From a virus (Duplodnaviria > Caudoviricetes), in IMG/VR virus record IMGVR_UViG_3300025711_000239, positions 54,645 to 118,644 of that record: 64,000 nt of DNA. One strand, 5' to 3'. The notes under the pieces were generated by a model. That model ran no database searches, was not told the origin of the DNA, and saw only the letters and a list, made by a program, of their open reading frames with translations. Shown in pieces: positions 1 through 10,165 of this stretch. The translations under genes and the position numbers were made by a program. Within the stretch, counting starts at the first letter, position 1. Each line of letters begins with the position of its first letter.

Positions 1-775
1 TGAGCATGTCAGCGTACTTAATGCCCTTAATGCTCAGGTCATCGGATACGCGGCAGAAAATGCGCTCCTGCCAGTCCAGGCTAAGCTGCGTGACCAGCTT
101 TCCGGCCTCGATGTGTGTACGCATTTCGTCGCTCAGCAAATCCTGTTTTTTGCAGCGGATTTTGCCGCCATCTTCCAGTATTGCCGCCAGCTCAGCCTCG
201 TCGCCCAGCGCAAAACCGGCAGGTAGTTCTGCGGCGCGCAGCCATTCAGTCAGCGTCAGCTCAATAGGATTAGCGGCCATCATTGGAATAACCGGCAGTG
301 AGCCGATGGTTTTGCGCAGTAGCGCCAGCATGTCTTCAGCAGATTTAGCGCTGGCTGCGTCAACGTAAATACGGCTGTTAACGCTGTCGATCCAGATGTA
401 CGACTCAGAGCGCCGTGAAAAAGCACGCGGCAGAAGCACACACAGCGCCTCGTCTCTCAGGCTGACTCTTTCACTGCGGCGCACCTTGCGCGCCTGCTCA
501 CGCTCAATTTTCTCCACTTTCTCGGCAACGTAATCATTGAGCGTTGCGACTGGCATGATTTTGGTTTCATGCTGACAGCACAGCAGGTACTGACCGTTCT
601 CAGCCAGTAACATGCTGTCAGACGTCACATTGATCCAGCCTGATTTAGCCATGTCTTGCGCAGCACAGGGAGAAAACGCCATAGTCTGCAGCTGCTGCTC
701 CAGTTCCTCCGCATCGAGCGGAATGTCCCGGTTCAGGCTGTAGACCATGACGTTTTTAAAGAAGGGGGATTTCAT
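1..775 (-). CDS. rdgC: RdgC-family recombination-associated protein (P1 HrdC-like); runs off the left edge
   Basis: Not in the ORF track. Manual translation from ATG at 775 gives MKSPFFKNVMVYSLNRDIPLDAEELEQQL...PCAAQDMAKSGW, a typical RdgC N-terminus. Confidence 0.9.
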   Translation of the reverse strand, partial: MKSPFFKNVMVYSLNRDIPLDAEELEQQLQTMAFSPCAAQDMAKSGWINVTSDSMLLAENGQYLLCCQHETKIMPVATLNDYVAEKVEKIEREQARKVRRSERVSLRDEALCVLLPRAFSRRSESYIWIDSVNSRIYVDAASAKSAEDMLALLRKTIGSLPVIPMMAANPIELTLTEWLRAAELPAGFALGDEAELAAILEDGGKIRCKKQDLLSDEMRTHIEAGKLVTQLSLDWQERIFCRVSDDLSIKGIKYADML

Positions 776-839
776 TCAGAAATGTCTCAACTAAAAGAGT
801 TAATACATTCTAAATAAATTTTTATATTTAAGATAACCA

Positions 840-1448
840 TTACTGACTAAACTCGAATTGCGCCGCGGTTGCGCTGAACGCTCCGCCAGACTGGAACACG
901 ATTTTCCCGCCTATCTTAATAGTCAGATTGCCGCCGACGTCGATTACCAGATTGCCCGGTCCCAGCAGGTAAATATCCCCGCCCTCATTCATCCCGATCC
1001 GCGAACCGCTGGCCGTATTGGCAATCTCATACCCGCCACCAGCAGACCGGATCTCCAATAGGTTATTGCGGTGCGACACAAAATCCGTAGTCGGATTCAG
1101 GGAAGGACGCGCTGGCGCATCGTCCACAGCTGGCGGCTCATACCCGCCACCCTGTCCGGAGGCTTCAGGCGCGACGCTTGGCACGCCGCCCGGTGCAGAC
1201 TGCGCCGCGCCGGTGATTAGCGGGCGCCGGGTATCCGGATTGCCGCGGCCGTCTTTGTAAGGGAACTCCACCCATACCTGATCGCCAACGATACAGGGTA
1301 TAAACGTGTTGCCGATCGGAAGCTGATATTCAGCCCAGGGCAGGGTATCCGCGTCCACATCAGCCCACTGCGGAGTAAGGCGGATCTGCGCCCGCATATG
1401 GCCCAACGGGTCTTTAGTCGCCGTGATAATGGCACGCTGCTTACTCAC
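840..1448 (-). CDS. Baseplate spike-like protein (P1 gp5-like)
   Basis: DPxxxxR..LPWA..GDQVWVEF OB-fold motif with beta-repeat C-terminus; size and synteny match P1 5-6-24-7-25-26. Confidence 0.75.
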   Translation of the reverse strand: MSKQRAIITATKDPLGHMRAQIRLTPQWADVDADTLPWAEYQLPIGNTFIPCIVGDQVWVEFPYKDGRGNPDTRRPLITGAAQSAPGGVPSVAPEASGQGGGYEPPAVDDAPARPSLNPTTDFVSHRNNLLEIRSAGGGYEIANTASGSRIGMNEGGDIYLLGPGNLVIDVGGNLTIKIGGKIVFQSGGAFSATAAQFEFSQ

Positions 1449-2434
1449 TGATTGGGTACTCCTAAAATCATGCGCGTGGTGTAGCCAATCCGATCCTCAT
1501 GGTGAATGACCGCAATGGCGATAAAGTTTTTGGGTAACGTTTCGTCTACTTGGTTTTCCGCGTCATAGCGGTGGATCTGCACGCCAATAACCATGCCTGC
1601 GGTGACGTCCGCGTTGCCGCTGACCTCAATATCCAGTTTGGGAACGATCACCCGCGCCATGTTTGTCAGCGTTGCCACGTCGGCGTCAGAAATGTATTTG
1701 ACCGGCTTCGTCTTATCGCCCACGGCTACGTAGCCCTCTGTCATGGAATAGCCGACATACTGATAGTCCCGGCTGCTGGTGGCGGCGGCATCCTGATTGA
1801 TGTTGCTCAGCTTGCTGATCGTGTAAGCCGCCTGGGGGTTGTTAGCCTCATAGACAAATGCTGCCTTTGTGCCGATTAGCTTTGCCATGTCCTTCATGCA
1901 GAACTTACCGCGGGCGCACCACACCAGCGCGCCATGATCGTCAGCTATCTGGCGCAGCACGCTGGACGGTTTCTCACCCATATTCAGGTGATAGGTCATC
2001 GCTTTGCGGAAGGCATCAGCCTCAATCGTCATTTTGCCAGCGAACTCTGCCATGACGTCACCCGGCTGGCGGTCGGCATACAGTCGCACGCGAGCAGACG
2101 GGGTTTTGAGACGCTTCAAATCCGCTGACACGGCGATGATCCGCACCACGTCACCGCTGGCGGGCGCGGACGTCACGAAAAACGTCTCTGTGTACGCGCC
2201 GCGCTGCCCGGTCGGGTCGCCCAGCTCTGCCACCAGCTCAGCGCCATACCGGGCGCCCATTTCGTCCACCAGCTTTCCGGCTGGATCGTGCGTCTCCAGT
2301 ACCAGCAGCGGCGCAGTCAGCGACGTTTTCTCGATGTAAATCACGGACGTTATCCAGCTGCGCGGCATTTCCGCGCCATTAAGCAGGACCGACTGCAGGA
2401 AGTACTGCATAGGCTTGTTTTGCTGATCAGCCAT
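1445..2434 (-). CDS. Tail/baseplate hub protein (P1 gp6-like)
   Basis: 329 aa, overlapping genes in the late operon; P1 synteny. Confidence 0.65.
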   Translation of the reverse strand: MADQQNKPMQYFLQSVLLNGAEMPRSWITSVIYIEKTSLTAPLLVLETHDPAGKLVDEMGARYGAELVAELGDPTGQRGAYTETFFVTSAPASGDVVRIIAVSADLKRLKTPSARVRLYADRQPGDVMAEFAGKMTIEADAFRKAMTYHLNMGEKPSSVLRQIADDHGALVWCARGKFCMKDMAKLIGTKAAFVYEANNPQAAYTISKLSNINQDAAATSSRDYQYVGYSMTEGYVAVGDKTKPVKYISDADVATLTNMARVIVPKLDIEVSGNADVTAGMVIGVQIHRYDAENQVDETLPKNFIAIAVIHHEDRIGYTTRMILGVPNQ

Positions 2435-3204
2435 CAGTTGCCTCCCGGTGCCAGCTGGGTGTCATAGCGGACGCTCCGGGCATCAACTTCATGCGCGGTC
2501 AGCACATCCACCATGACAATCAGCGACGCCTGGCAGGCGTAAATCCGATCCTGGGTGAACGGCGGCGACATATCGCTGAACATGATGGTTTTGGCGTCCT
2601 GAATGCTGCAGTTGATCTCAACGGGCCAGTGGACCAGCTTTTCCTGCGCCGTGAAGTTAGTGGTGAGCCGGGAGCGGAAGTTAGCGGCCAGCGTGTTGCA
2701 CATCAGTGACAGCGTATCTTTGTCACTGGCAATCAGCGTGATGGAGTAATTGAGCGAGGCCTGTGTAGCCTCAATCTGGGCCAGCGGCATATCGCCTTGT
2801 GACGGGTCGGTAAACTGGCCCAGGTTGCGGTCTATCTCCTGGTCGTTGTTGTCATAGGTGATATCAAACCCGCGAGACAGGTTGATCAGCGGCAGGGCGT
2901 CACGGTTCAGGTCTGGCATGTCCGACGCCTTCACGCTGCGGCGTCCGGCGCCCGCCTGGCGCACGGCGCGCAGAAAATCCATGACGTCATCAAACTTGCC
3001 GACGAATACACGATCTTCCGGCTTTCGCGCCAGAAATGAGCTATAGCGCTGCTCATGCTCCCGCGGCTTGGTTATGACGGCGCTGCTGAATACGTCATTC
3101 AGCGCCTTCGCTACGGCGGCGTCGGCGGCAGTAAAACCGGTACTCTCCACTTTTCCAGTGCGTGTAGTCACCCATTCACGGGTGCGGGAAAGCAGCTGAT
3201 TCAT
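2434..3204 (-). CDS. Baseplate/tail stability protein (P1 gp24-like)
   Basis: 256 aa; synteny and size; translationally coupled. Confidence 0.6.
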   Translation of the reverse strand: MNQLLSRTREWVTTRTGKVESTGFTAADAAVAKALNDVFSSAVITKPREHEQRYSSFLARKPEDRVFVGKFDDVMDFLRAVRQAGAGRRSVKASDMPDLNRDALPLINLSRGFDITYDNNDQEIDRNLGQFTDPSQGDMPLAQIEATQASLNYSITLIASDKDTLSLMCNTLAANFRSRLTTNFTAQEKLVHWPVEINCSIQDAKTIMFSDMSPPFTQDRIYACQASLIVMVDVLTAHEVDARSVRYDTQLAPGGN

Positions 3205-3986
3205 TCGATCCGTCCGTTGCTGGTGGTGTCAAAATTGCGGGCAGGAATGCAGTAGTAAAGCGATCCGACATTCTGCGTACCGAAGCCGTAAATGCGGTGA
3301 ACGTACCACCAGCGGCGTACCAGGTTGCCGCTGGCCATCTCTTCGTTCCACTCAAGGATTGAGCCAACCGGCACACCTTCAGCGGCGATGCGCAGGATCA
3401 GTACGTCGTCAGTAAATCCATCCTGTTCGCCATCGGCATCGAGCACCTGGAAACTTTCGCGCTCGTCCGGACAATCCAGCACCGTGACAATGACCGGATC
3501 AGCATCCTCATAGCTCAGGTGACGCTGGTTATTGTTGAGCTCGGTAAACGACGGCTGTTCAAAGCCCGTTTCATCGTCCACCTCGCCAACGTCGCGCATG
3601 TCCGGCAGGTATAGCAGCGCCTGAAACGCGCTGTAATCGCTCTCAATCGCTTTAATCCAGTCGCGGCGGACCATGTTGTTAAACGAGGCGTGGCCTTTGT
3701 AGCGCGGCTTTAGCGCCGTGCTCTGTTCGCGTGCCGCGAGCGTGTCCGGGAGCGGGGCGCTCAGCGGGTCATGATCCTCACTGCTATTGCTGTTAGCGTC
3801 ATCAGGACCGCCAGCGGTATCGCCATCGGGTGACGAGGCGGCGGTCGGCGCGGCGGCGTCCAGATCGATAACAGCGCTGCTGCTATCCGGCGTATCGACG
3901 GCGGAAGAGGGTTGCTCTGTTTCACTGCTGGTGGCCTCGTTGATCGTCGGTGGATTGTCGGCCAAAAATTCGTCGTACCGTCCCAT
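3201..3986 (-). CDS. Tail stability protein (P1 gp7-like)
   Basis: 261 aa with acidic low-complexity N-terminus; synteny. Confidence 0.6.
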   Translation of the reverse strand: MGRYDEFLADNPPTINEATSSETEQPSSAVDTPDSSSAVIDLDAAAPTAASSPDGDTAGGPDDANSNSSEDHDPLSAPLPDTLAAREQSTALKPRYKGHASFNNMVRRDWIKAIESDYSAFQALLYLPDMRDVGEVDDETGFEQPSFTELNNNQRHLSYEDADPVIVTVLDCPDERESFQVLDADGEQDGFTDDVLILRIAAEGVPVGSILEWNEEMASGNLVRRWWYVHRIYGFGTQNVGSLYYCIPARNFDTTSNGRIE

Positions 3987-5203
3987 TACTGATTACCTGC
4001 TTTTGTCTGGTTTTTTGCGTATTCAATAAACATCTTCTCGGCTTGGGCGCGGGGCGTGCCGCTCAGCACCAGGGCGTCAATGAACGTCTGGCGCTGGATC
4101 TTCGCCTGGTCTGCCAGCTGCTGACGCAGAAGGGCGTTTTTGGCCTTTTCGTCCGCCAGTTCCGCCTGCTTCTTCGCGGCGCGGGTGCGCTGCGCTGCGG
4201 TCAGCTTCTTGGCACGGGTCAGCTGGCCGCGCAGTTTGTCGATCCGCCCGTCGTCGTTGTCCAGGCGCTTCGCAAGCGCGCCCATGCGCTTCTGATACTT
4301 CTCATGCTCACGCTTAACAGCGGCGACGTTCGTCTGCGAACTACGGTTGCGGTTGAACTTCGCTTTGTCGGCGTCAGTGAAGTGCTCAGTGGTTTTGCGC
4401 GGGTCATCGCCATAGGCGTTGTTACTGGCGCTTTTATGCAATGCCTGGCCGATGCGCACCTGCCATGAGGCGGATTGCAGACGGGTGAAGGCGTGAATGA
4501 CGTGCTTACAGGCGACGCCTTTCAGATTCGGGTTTTTCTCTTTGGGGTAGGCGTACTCTTTTGGCGGGGCAAGCGCGAAATTGCCTGCTGTGGCGATGTA
4601 GCGATACCAGTACTGGTGACGGCCACAATCGCAATCAAAAGAGACGCGGCCAGCGCAGAGTCGCTTGGCAATTTTGGCTGCGCTGTCTTTGGCATCGGTG
4701 ATTTCCTCTATCAGCTGATCCCACTCTTCAAAGCGGAATTTCACGCGGTGATGCTTATCGAGCGAGGCGGCGGACGCCTCCACACTAACGGTCAGGACGT
4801 TATGTTTAAGCGTCGTGGGCGTGGCGCGCTTAATGCCACTTCCGTCATCTACCCGGTTGTTGGCGCGCTTAATGTCGATCTGCTGACTACCGGCCACCAG
4901 CTGCGCATACGTGATACCTGCCTGTGAAGAATTGAACTGCTGGCGGGCGCCGGCGCGATTTGCTTCGAACCCTTTCAGATCCTCTTTCGTGAAGAACGTG
5001 CCGGACTTCTTTTTGCCCAGGGCGATAATGTCGTCCAGCGCCTTGTTCTTCAGGGTCAGCGGGTTGAGCGTGCGCCGCGCTATGCGCCGGGATTTACGGC
5101 GGTCTTTATCAATCTGGTCAAAGACGCGGGAGAACTCTTTGGAGGAAAGCCCTGCCGTGTCGTAGCGCCCGGACCGTGTGCGGGCAAACGGAGTATCAGC
5201 CAC
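3986..5203 (-). CDS. Tail protein with SWIM-like Zn finger (P1 gp25-like)
   Basis: CDC...CKH motif; 405 aa; synteny. Confidence 0.65.
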   Translation of the reverse strand: MADTPFARTRSGRYDTAGLSSKEFSRVFDQIDKDRRKSRRIARRTLNPLTLKNKALDDIIALGKKKSGTFFTKEDLKGFEANRAGARQQFNSSQAGITYAQLVAGSQQIDIKRANNRVDDGSGIKRATPTTLKHNVLTVSVEASAASLDKHHRVKFRFEEWDQLIEEITDAKDSAAKIAKRLCAGRVSFDCDCGRHQYWYRYIATAGNFALAPPKEYAYPKEKNPNLKGVACKHVIHAFTRLQSASWQVRIGQALHKSASNNAYGDDPRKTTEHFTDADKAKFNRNRSSQTNVAAVKREHEKYQKRMGALAKRLDNDDGRIDKLRGQLTRAKKLTAAQRTRAAKKQAELADEKAKNALLRQQLADQAKIQRQTFIDALVLSGTPRAQAEKMFIEYAKNQTKAGNQ

Positions 5204-5528
5204 TGATTAGCTCCGGCTTGCCACCAGCAAAGTCGCGTATGCGCCCGCGCAGCCACGCCATATCGGGCAGAGAAAGCGTCTGGCCTGCTGGCAGCGGCTC
5301 CATTTCTGACTCTATTCCGCATAACAGACGGAATACCCAGCGCAGATCGTCATTACCTTCATAGGCGCGGTATGCCGCCAGGTCAGCGCGGAATATCTCG
5401 TCAAGACGGATGGTGTAGTCGCGGTTGTCTTCGTGGAATGAGGCGGATCGCTTGATCACTTCCTGATGGAAGAGGCTGCGTAGCACCACGTCACTAATTG
5501 AGCGATCGTCAAGGCGGTTATAACTCAC
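5196..5528 (-). CDS. Baseplate wedge protein (P1 gp26-like, gp53/LysM-like)
   Basis: RADLAAYRAY..LRWV..LPAGQTLSLP motif; synteny. Confidence 0.65.
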   Translation of the reverse strand: MSYNRLDDRSISDVVLRSLFHQEVIKRSASFHEDNRDYTIRLDEIFRADLAAYRAYEGNDDLRWVFRLLCGIESEMEPLPAGQTLSLPDMAWLRGRIRDFAGGKPELISG

Positions 5529-6178
5529 AGGATACGTTCCTCGTCACTGATTCGCTTGCCGGTCAGCGACTCCGGCACGGCTTCAGCGGCTTTGATTTTT
5601 TCATAGCCGATGATGCGTTTAAGCGTGTCCATAAGGGTCGGCTCCTGCTCTGCGGTCGCGGCGGTCATGGCATTGATGTAGTCCGCTGATGCCACGTTGT
5701 TGTAGCCCACAGCGAAGCAGCACAGAATGGTTAGTACCTGCTCCGGGCGTATCTCGCGCCAGTTGATCCGATAGACCTCTTCACCGCTGGCGTTGTATTC
5801 CACCTCAACGATGGAGTCTGGAATCTCAAATGCGCCCTTGTTCTCTGCTGGCAGCGCAATGTTGTCCTGCAGCAGGAGCTCGTTGTAACGCTCGATGCCA
5901 ATGAGTACCGCTGCACGCCCGTCGCTTCCCCGCGTTTTTAGTGAGATATGGTTGCCGCCTACTTCGTTGGCCACTTTGCCGGTTGCTTCATCCACCAGCA
6001 CCTTGAAGCCCTGTTTACGCAGTGCCTCAACGAAGGGGGCGAGTTTGGCCAGCTGCTTTCGCATGCCCTTTGGCAGCGTCTGCGGCTTTGACATAACGAG
6101 CGTGTGCTCTTCGTAAATGGCGGTGATCGCCATCGGCTGATTAGTGGAAAGACTGATTACTGCGATTTTCTGTTTCAC
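5525..6178 (-). CDS. Conserved P1-family hypothetical protein, first gene of the late operon
   Basis: 217 aa, coupled to the gp26-like gene; late-promoter motif upstream. Confidence 0.55.
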   Translation of the reverse strand: MKQKIAVISLSTNQPMAITAIYEEHTLVMSKPQTLPKGMRKQLAKLAPFVEALRKQGFKVLVDEATGKVANEVGGNHISLKTRGSDGRAAVLIGIERYNELLLQDNIALPAENKGAFEIPDSIVEVEYNASGEEVYRINWREIRPEQVLTILCCFAVGYNNVASADYINAMTAATAEQEPTLMDTLKRIIGYEKIKAAEAVPESLTGKRISDEERIL

Positions 6179-6307
6179 ATCTGTATCCCTGAAATGGCGA
6201 AAGGCCGCATATAGCGGCCTCTCTGGCTTTTAACGTTCCCAACCGCGCGTTGCAGATTAGGTAAGTTGTCAAAAATTCCATCAGGGAACCGCTAACAGCT
6301 TAGGGTG

Positions 6308-6328
6308 ACTGTAAGCGGTTTGTACTTT
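6308..6328 (-). promoter_or_regulatory. Putative Lpa-dependent late promoter
   Basis: AAAGTACAAACCGCTTACAGT, one of four matching 21-mers upstream of late genes. Confidence 0.6.
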
Positions 6329-6626
6329 GCAAAGTAGTGTCAACGAATTTTTTTGCTGGCTAACATTTATCCACCTGAAAAAAATTTTCAGTTTTTTTAA
6401 GCACCTTTTAATTAAAGGTTCCAAAAAAGACAAACTCGCATCAGCCTTGAATTGAAGGGCTTTTACATAGTTATTTTTTTATTAAAAATTAACTATTTTT
6501 TTAGCAAACTATCCTAAATATTAAGAAACACACAGCTTTCAAGTGGTTGATTAAAGATTATTAAACGTTGAATATAAAAATGGTCAGAAGATATAGCTTT
6601 TAAACTTAACTCTACGAGGTTTTAAA

Positions 6627-7409
6627 ATGGCTGAACAACCGCAATTGGATGTTACTGCTTCCGCTCCGAACTGGGGTCCATCGTATAACTTTAATGCTGT
6701 GCAAGATCCTAATTCATTACCTGCTGGAGATCCAAAAGCGCGTACTGATTTAATTCGTGCATATTATGACGGTACAGCTACGGCTAAATGGCTGCAAGAC
6801 TGCCTGAACTATCTCGATAAAGATATGAACGTAGTTAAGGCTTTACTATGCCGCGCTGCTTACGCCGACTATCAGGAAGCCCATGGAGGTGTTGGCTACT
6901 ATGGCTCAATCAAAAATGCGCCTGCTGACTGGCCACCATCTAGCCAAAACATGTTGACAGACAAAGCTTTTGCGCCGCTAGCCGCGCTTTATCACTATGC
7001 TTTTGGAGACGGCTCAGCTATGGCTGTCGATCTCGGTCAGTTGAGTTTTAACTTTGATCGTAATAATTTACCTCCAATAAATAATATTTTGAGCGGCGTT
7101 CACACTGGCGAATTTAATATTAATCAAAGCATCGGTTATGACTTTGCCAATAGCGATCGCTGGGCGTGGTCTTATTTGGGTCGGGTAAGTTTGACTTTGT
7201 CTGGAACACTTAAAGTTGATCCAGCTGGTAATTGGAACTTTGACGGTCGCGTTAATGGTGTGTCAGATCGTTATGATGCAAACCCAGATGCGAAACGAGG
7301 ACAAATTGGCGAGTTACTGACACAAATTTTGGCGCGAATTCCAAATCACACTGAATATGAAATTTTTATGCAGGGTGAGCATCGAATTCAAATTAGCGGT
7401 ACCCGGTAA
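6627..7409 (+). CDS. Colicin M-like lipid II-degrading bacteriocin
   Basis: C-terminal LGRVSLTLSGTL..WNFDG..DRYDANPDAKRGQIGELLT matches the ColM catalytic domain; N-terminal LDVTA resembles a TonB box. Confidence 0.85.
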   Translation: MAEQPQLDVTASAPNWGPSYNFNAVQDPNSLPAGDPKARTDLIRAYYDGTATAKWLQDCLNYLDKDMNVVKALLCRAAYADYQEAHGGVGYYGSIKNAPADWPPSSQNMLTDKAFAPLAALYHYAFGDGSAMAVDLGQLSFNFDRNNLPPINNILSGVHTGEFNINQSIGYDFANSDRWAWSYLGRVSLTLSGTLKVDPAGNWNFDGRVNGVSDRYDANPDAKRGQIGELLTQILARIPNHTEYEIFMQGEHRIQISGTR

Positions 7410-7416
7410 AATATCT

Positions 7417-7438
7417 AAAGGGGGCGTTTGCCCCCTTT
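7417..7438. terminator. Bidirectional terminator between bacteriocin and immunity gene
   Basis: AAAGGGGGCGTTTGCCCCCTTT hairpin. Confidence 0.7.
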
Positions 7439-7439
7439 A

Positions 7440-7790
7440 TTAATTACCGTACTCAATATCGGTTAGGTCAGAACATCGGGGCATGCCGGAGTAGGGGACG
7501 CCAGGCACTGCGCTAACAGTAAACGGTATCATTGCGATAGTAGGTCCTATCTGAACACCGCTCATATCCACACTCACATCCTTTCTAGCTAGATGATACT
7601 TCCCGAAAATACTGTTATCAGGACGCAATACATCCGCTATTACAGCATCAGCTGCTATTGCCGGCTGAAGTGTTTTGCACGCTTCAGTGTCCGCCGCGAT
7701 CTCATTTTTCATGTGTTGCTGAAGTGAAAAGTATCCGATCACCCCTATAGCAAAAACTCCAATGGCAACTTTGCTAACCTTATTCATCAA
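7440..7790 (-). CDS. Cmi/YebF-family colicin M immunity protein
   Basis: N-terminal TM anchor, two Cys, IPF motif; convergent with the ColM-like gene as in cma/cmi. Confidence 0.8.
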   Translation of the reverse strand: MMNKVSKVAIGVFAIGVIGYFSLQQHMKNEIAADTEACKTLQPAIAADAVIADVLRPDNSIFGKYHLARKDVSVDMSGVQIGPTIAMIPFTVSAVPGVPYSGMPRCSDLTDIEYGN

Positions 7791-7910
7791 ATATCCTATT
7801 CACTCAGATGTGAGAATGATAATCGTTTAATGATAATCTTACATGTATTTGATGTGGCAACCAACCCAAAGCTGGTGATTAATATTGCTGCTAACCATAT
7901 CAATTATTAT

Positions 7911-8579
7911 TCAAACACACTCAGTATCCGCCAGTAAGTGTTCGATGCTTGCCATAGTGTAAGCCTTGATCATCAATTCTTTTTCCGTGCCGTTATGCCG
8001 GGAGAATTCTGCTTTACCGCCTGTAATGCCGTCTGCGTGTACCGGCACCAGCCAGTTGAACTCAGCCCGGATTGCTGCCGGTGCAGCGTGCTGGTGATGA
8101 TTATCGCAAAGGGGGAGCTGTAAAAGGTGCGCGCCGGGTTTTGTGCGGCCCTCGATGTGATGCAGGTTGATTACTGGGGATTCCTTTCCGTGTTGTAAGC
8201 AGGCAATGCATGGAAGTTTACCCAGTGCATCCATAACAACGCGCTCGACTGCAGTCGGTGCGCGCCCTTTAAGGCCTCTTCCGGACGCGCTGGCGCGTGT
8301 TTGCCGCTTCGCTGCAACTGGAGCTGGCTTTTTCTCTCTTAGGCGCTCAGAGGCGCTTACAGCGCGTTTTACTGCTTTAGCTTTTTGCTCTGCAATCCAC
8401 TCCGGGGAATTACGCTTTTCAATCTGCCTGGCAAGCATCCTGTTACTGCTGGCTTTCTGCTTTGCGTACTGCTGCTGGCGAAACTCCGGGTCTGCCAGTT
8501 TTGCTGCATGTCTTTCGCGTTGGCGTTGCTGTACTTTTTCCTGCTTTTCCCGTGCGGCCTGAAAATCTGCGCTTTCCAT
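7911..8579 (-). CDS. ref: Ref recombination-enhancement HNH nuclease
   Basis: Basic N-terminal tail; GLKGR..LPCIAC..LHHIEGR..LPLC..HH motifs. Confidence 0.9.
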   Translation of the reverse strand: MESADFQAAREKQEKVQQRQRERHAAKLADPEFRQQQYAKQKASSNRMLARQIEKRNSPEWIAEQKAKAVKRAVSASERLREKKPAPVAAKRQTRASASGRGLKGRAPTAVERVVMDALGKLPCIACLQHGKESPVINLHHIEGRTKPGAHLLQLPLCDNHHQHAAPAAIRAEFNWLVPVHADGITGGKAEFSRHNGTEKELMIKAYTMASIEHLLADTECV

Positions 8580-8689
8580 GATTTAACCAAATCTAAATTA
8601 TTTTTTAGATTGTTGATCACCTTAAGGGATCTGTAAAGCGATATGAAATTGTCCACTGGTTATGGCTTTTAGTTAATCAGCACTGCGGG

Positions 8690-8909
8690 TTATCCACTTA
8701 TCCACTGGATAGATCATATAAATCGATCATATAGAGATCATAAATAGATCCTAATAGATCACCTTGCTTTCAACTTGATGAATTAAAAAGGAAAAAGTGG
8801 GTTTTACATTAGTCTATTCATGGTGGGAGTTAGTCTATTCATGTTGAATGTTAGTCTGTTCATGGTAATTGTTAGTTTATTCATGGTAGGGTGTTAGTCT
8901 ATTCATGGT
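8690..8909 (+). promoter_or_regulatory. Plasmid origin (oriR-like): two DnaA-like boxes, five GATC repeats, five iterons
   Basis: TTATCCACT at 8690 and 8698; GATC at 8712, 8725, 8736, 8747, 8757; TTAGTCTATTCATGGT-type iterons at 8809, 8830, 8851, 8872, 8894. Layout matches P1 oriR. Confidence 0.9.
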
Positions 8910-8951
8910 GGCGGTCATAAATATTCACATTACTACGATCAGGCGATATCA

Positions 8952-9836
8952 ATGGAAAATGGTAATCAAATCAAGACAATAAACGATGCCTTGTCATTTG
9001 TTGGTGGTGAAGAAGGGAAGACTTATACACTGACACCAACGGCTAACAGAACCGTCCAGCCAATAGCATTGATGCGCTTGGGAGTCTTTGTCCCATCGGC
9101 CAAAAATAAGCCCATAGCCGGACGCGGAAACTCCAATATTGACGCTTCGGAAGACCTGCGCGAGCTCGAAATAGCTAAGGCAGAGGGCTACACCAACATT
9201 AACATTCGCGGCAGTCGCCTTGATATGAGTACAGACTTCAAGACGTGGATAGGTGCTATACGGGCGTTCTCTAAATATGGCGACCACTCCAATCGTATAG
9301 AGTTGCCTTTCACTGAATTTGCCAAACTGACGGGCATCGCTGTTGATGATATCAACCAGCGTGCGCGTGATCGTTTTTTTGCGTCACTTAGCCGCATTGC
9401 ATCTATTGTGGTTTCATTCAAAAACAAAGACGGTAGCAAAGGCACTATCACCCACTTACTGCAAAGCGCGACGTTCGACATTGAGAGAGACGTTATCTCG
9501 CTGGAGGGCGACTCCAGGCTATGGGAGCTATATGCTTTTGATCATAAAGTCTTGTTGCAGCTAAAGGCCATACAGGCGTTACCACGCAAGGAATCAGCTC
9601 AAGCTCTCTATGTATACATTGAAAGTATGCCAAATGGATTCATACAGATATCACTGGAGCGTTTGCGTGAGCGGCTTAATCTGACATCTAGCATTAGTGC
9701 GCAAAATTTGGCGATAAGAAATGCTCTGAAGGAGCTACAGAAGATAGGCTATCTGACCTACACAGAAGTGAAGAAAGATGGGGTGGTGTACTTCCAGATC
9801 CATTCGCGCCGCCCGGAGCTGTTGCCAGCCGAATGA
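8952..9836 (+). CDS. repA: Replication initiator RepA (P1/RepFIB family)
   Basis: TVQPIALMRLGVFVP..AEGY..RLDMSTDFKTW..LPRKESAQALY motifs; flanked by iterons. Confidence 0.93.
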   Translation: MENGNQIKTINDALSFVGGEEGKTYTLTPTANRTVQPIALMRLGVFVPSAKNKPIAGRGNSNIDASEDLRELEIAKAEGYTNINIRGSRLDMSTDFKTWIGAIRAFSKYGDHSNRIELPFTEFAKLTGIAVDDINQRARDRFFASLSRIASIVVSFKNKDGSKGTITHLLQSATFDIERDVISLEGDSRLWELYAFDHKVLLQLKAIQALPRKESAQALYVYIESMPNGFIQISLERLRERLNLTSSISAQNLAIRNALKELQKIGYLTYTEVKKDGVVYFQIHSRRPELLPAE

Positions 9837-9837
9837 C

Positions 9838-10061
9838 GTTAGGTGATTCATGGTGAACGTTAGGTGAAAACCGGTAACGCACGCATAACGTTAGGTGATT
9901 CATGGACGGCATTAGTCTATTCATGGCAAATGTTAGAAAATAGCTGCATTTTTAGGCGTCATGCGGACAAAACGCCCAGCACACCATGAATAGACTAACG
10001 TCTGATGCTTCAGGGCAATGTATACCATGAATAGACTAATGCTTACCATGAATAGACTAAT
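9838..10061. repeat. incA-like copy-control iteron array
   Basis: Forward copies near 9839, 9891 and 9912 (plus a degenerate one near 9860); inverted ACCATGAATAGACTAA near 9983, 10024 and 10045. Confidence 0.85.
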
Positions 10062-10135
10062 GCCCGCTGAACGGGGAATGGTCCTGCCATGAACCGGCCA
10101 ACGTTTAACGCACGCTGTGATCTGGACAACCAGCA

Positions 10136-10162
10136 TAAAAAAAGCCGCCCGAAGGCGGCTTC
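10136..10162 (-). terminator. Intrinsic terminator after the small peptide ORF
   Basis: AAGCCGCC-CGAA-GGCGGCTT with A-tract (U-tract on the minus strand). Confidence 0.75.
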
Positions 10163-10165
10163 ATA

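Noticed and set aside
8809-10061. Regularly spaced 16-bp repeats as a CRISPR array
   Set aside because: The spacers are only 5-6 bp, the repeats flank repA and there are no cas genes; these are iterons.
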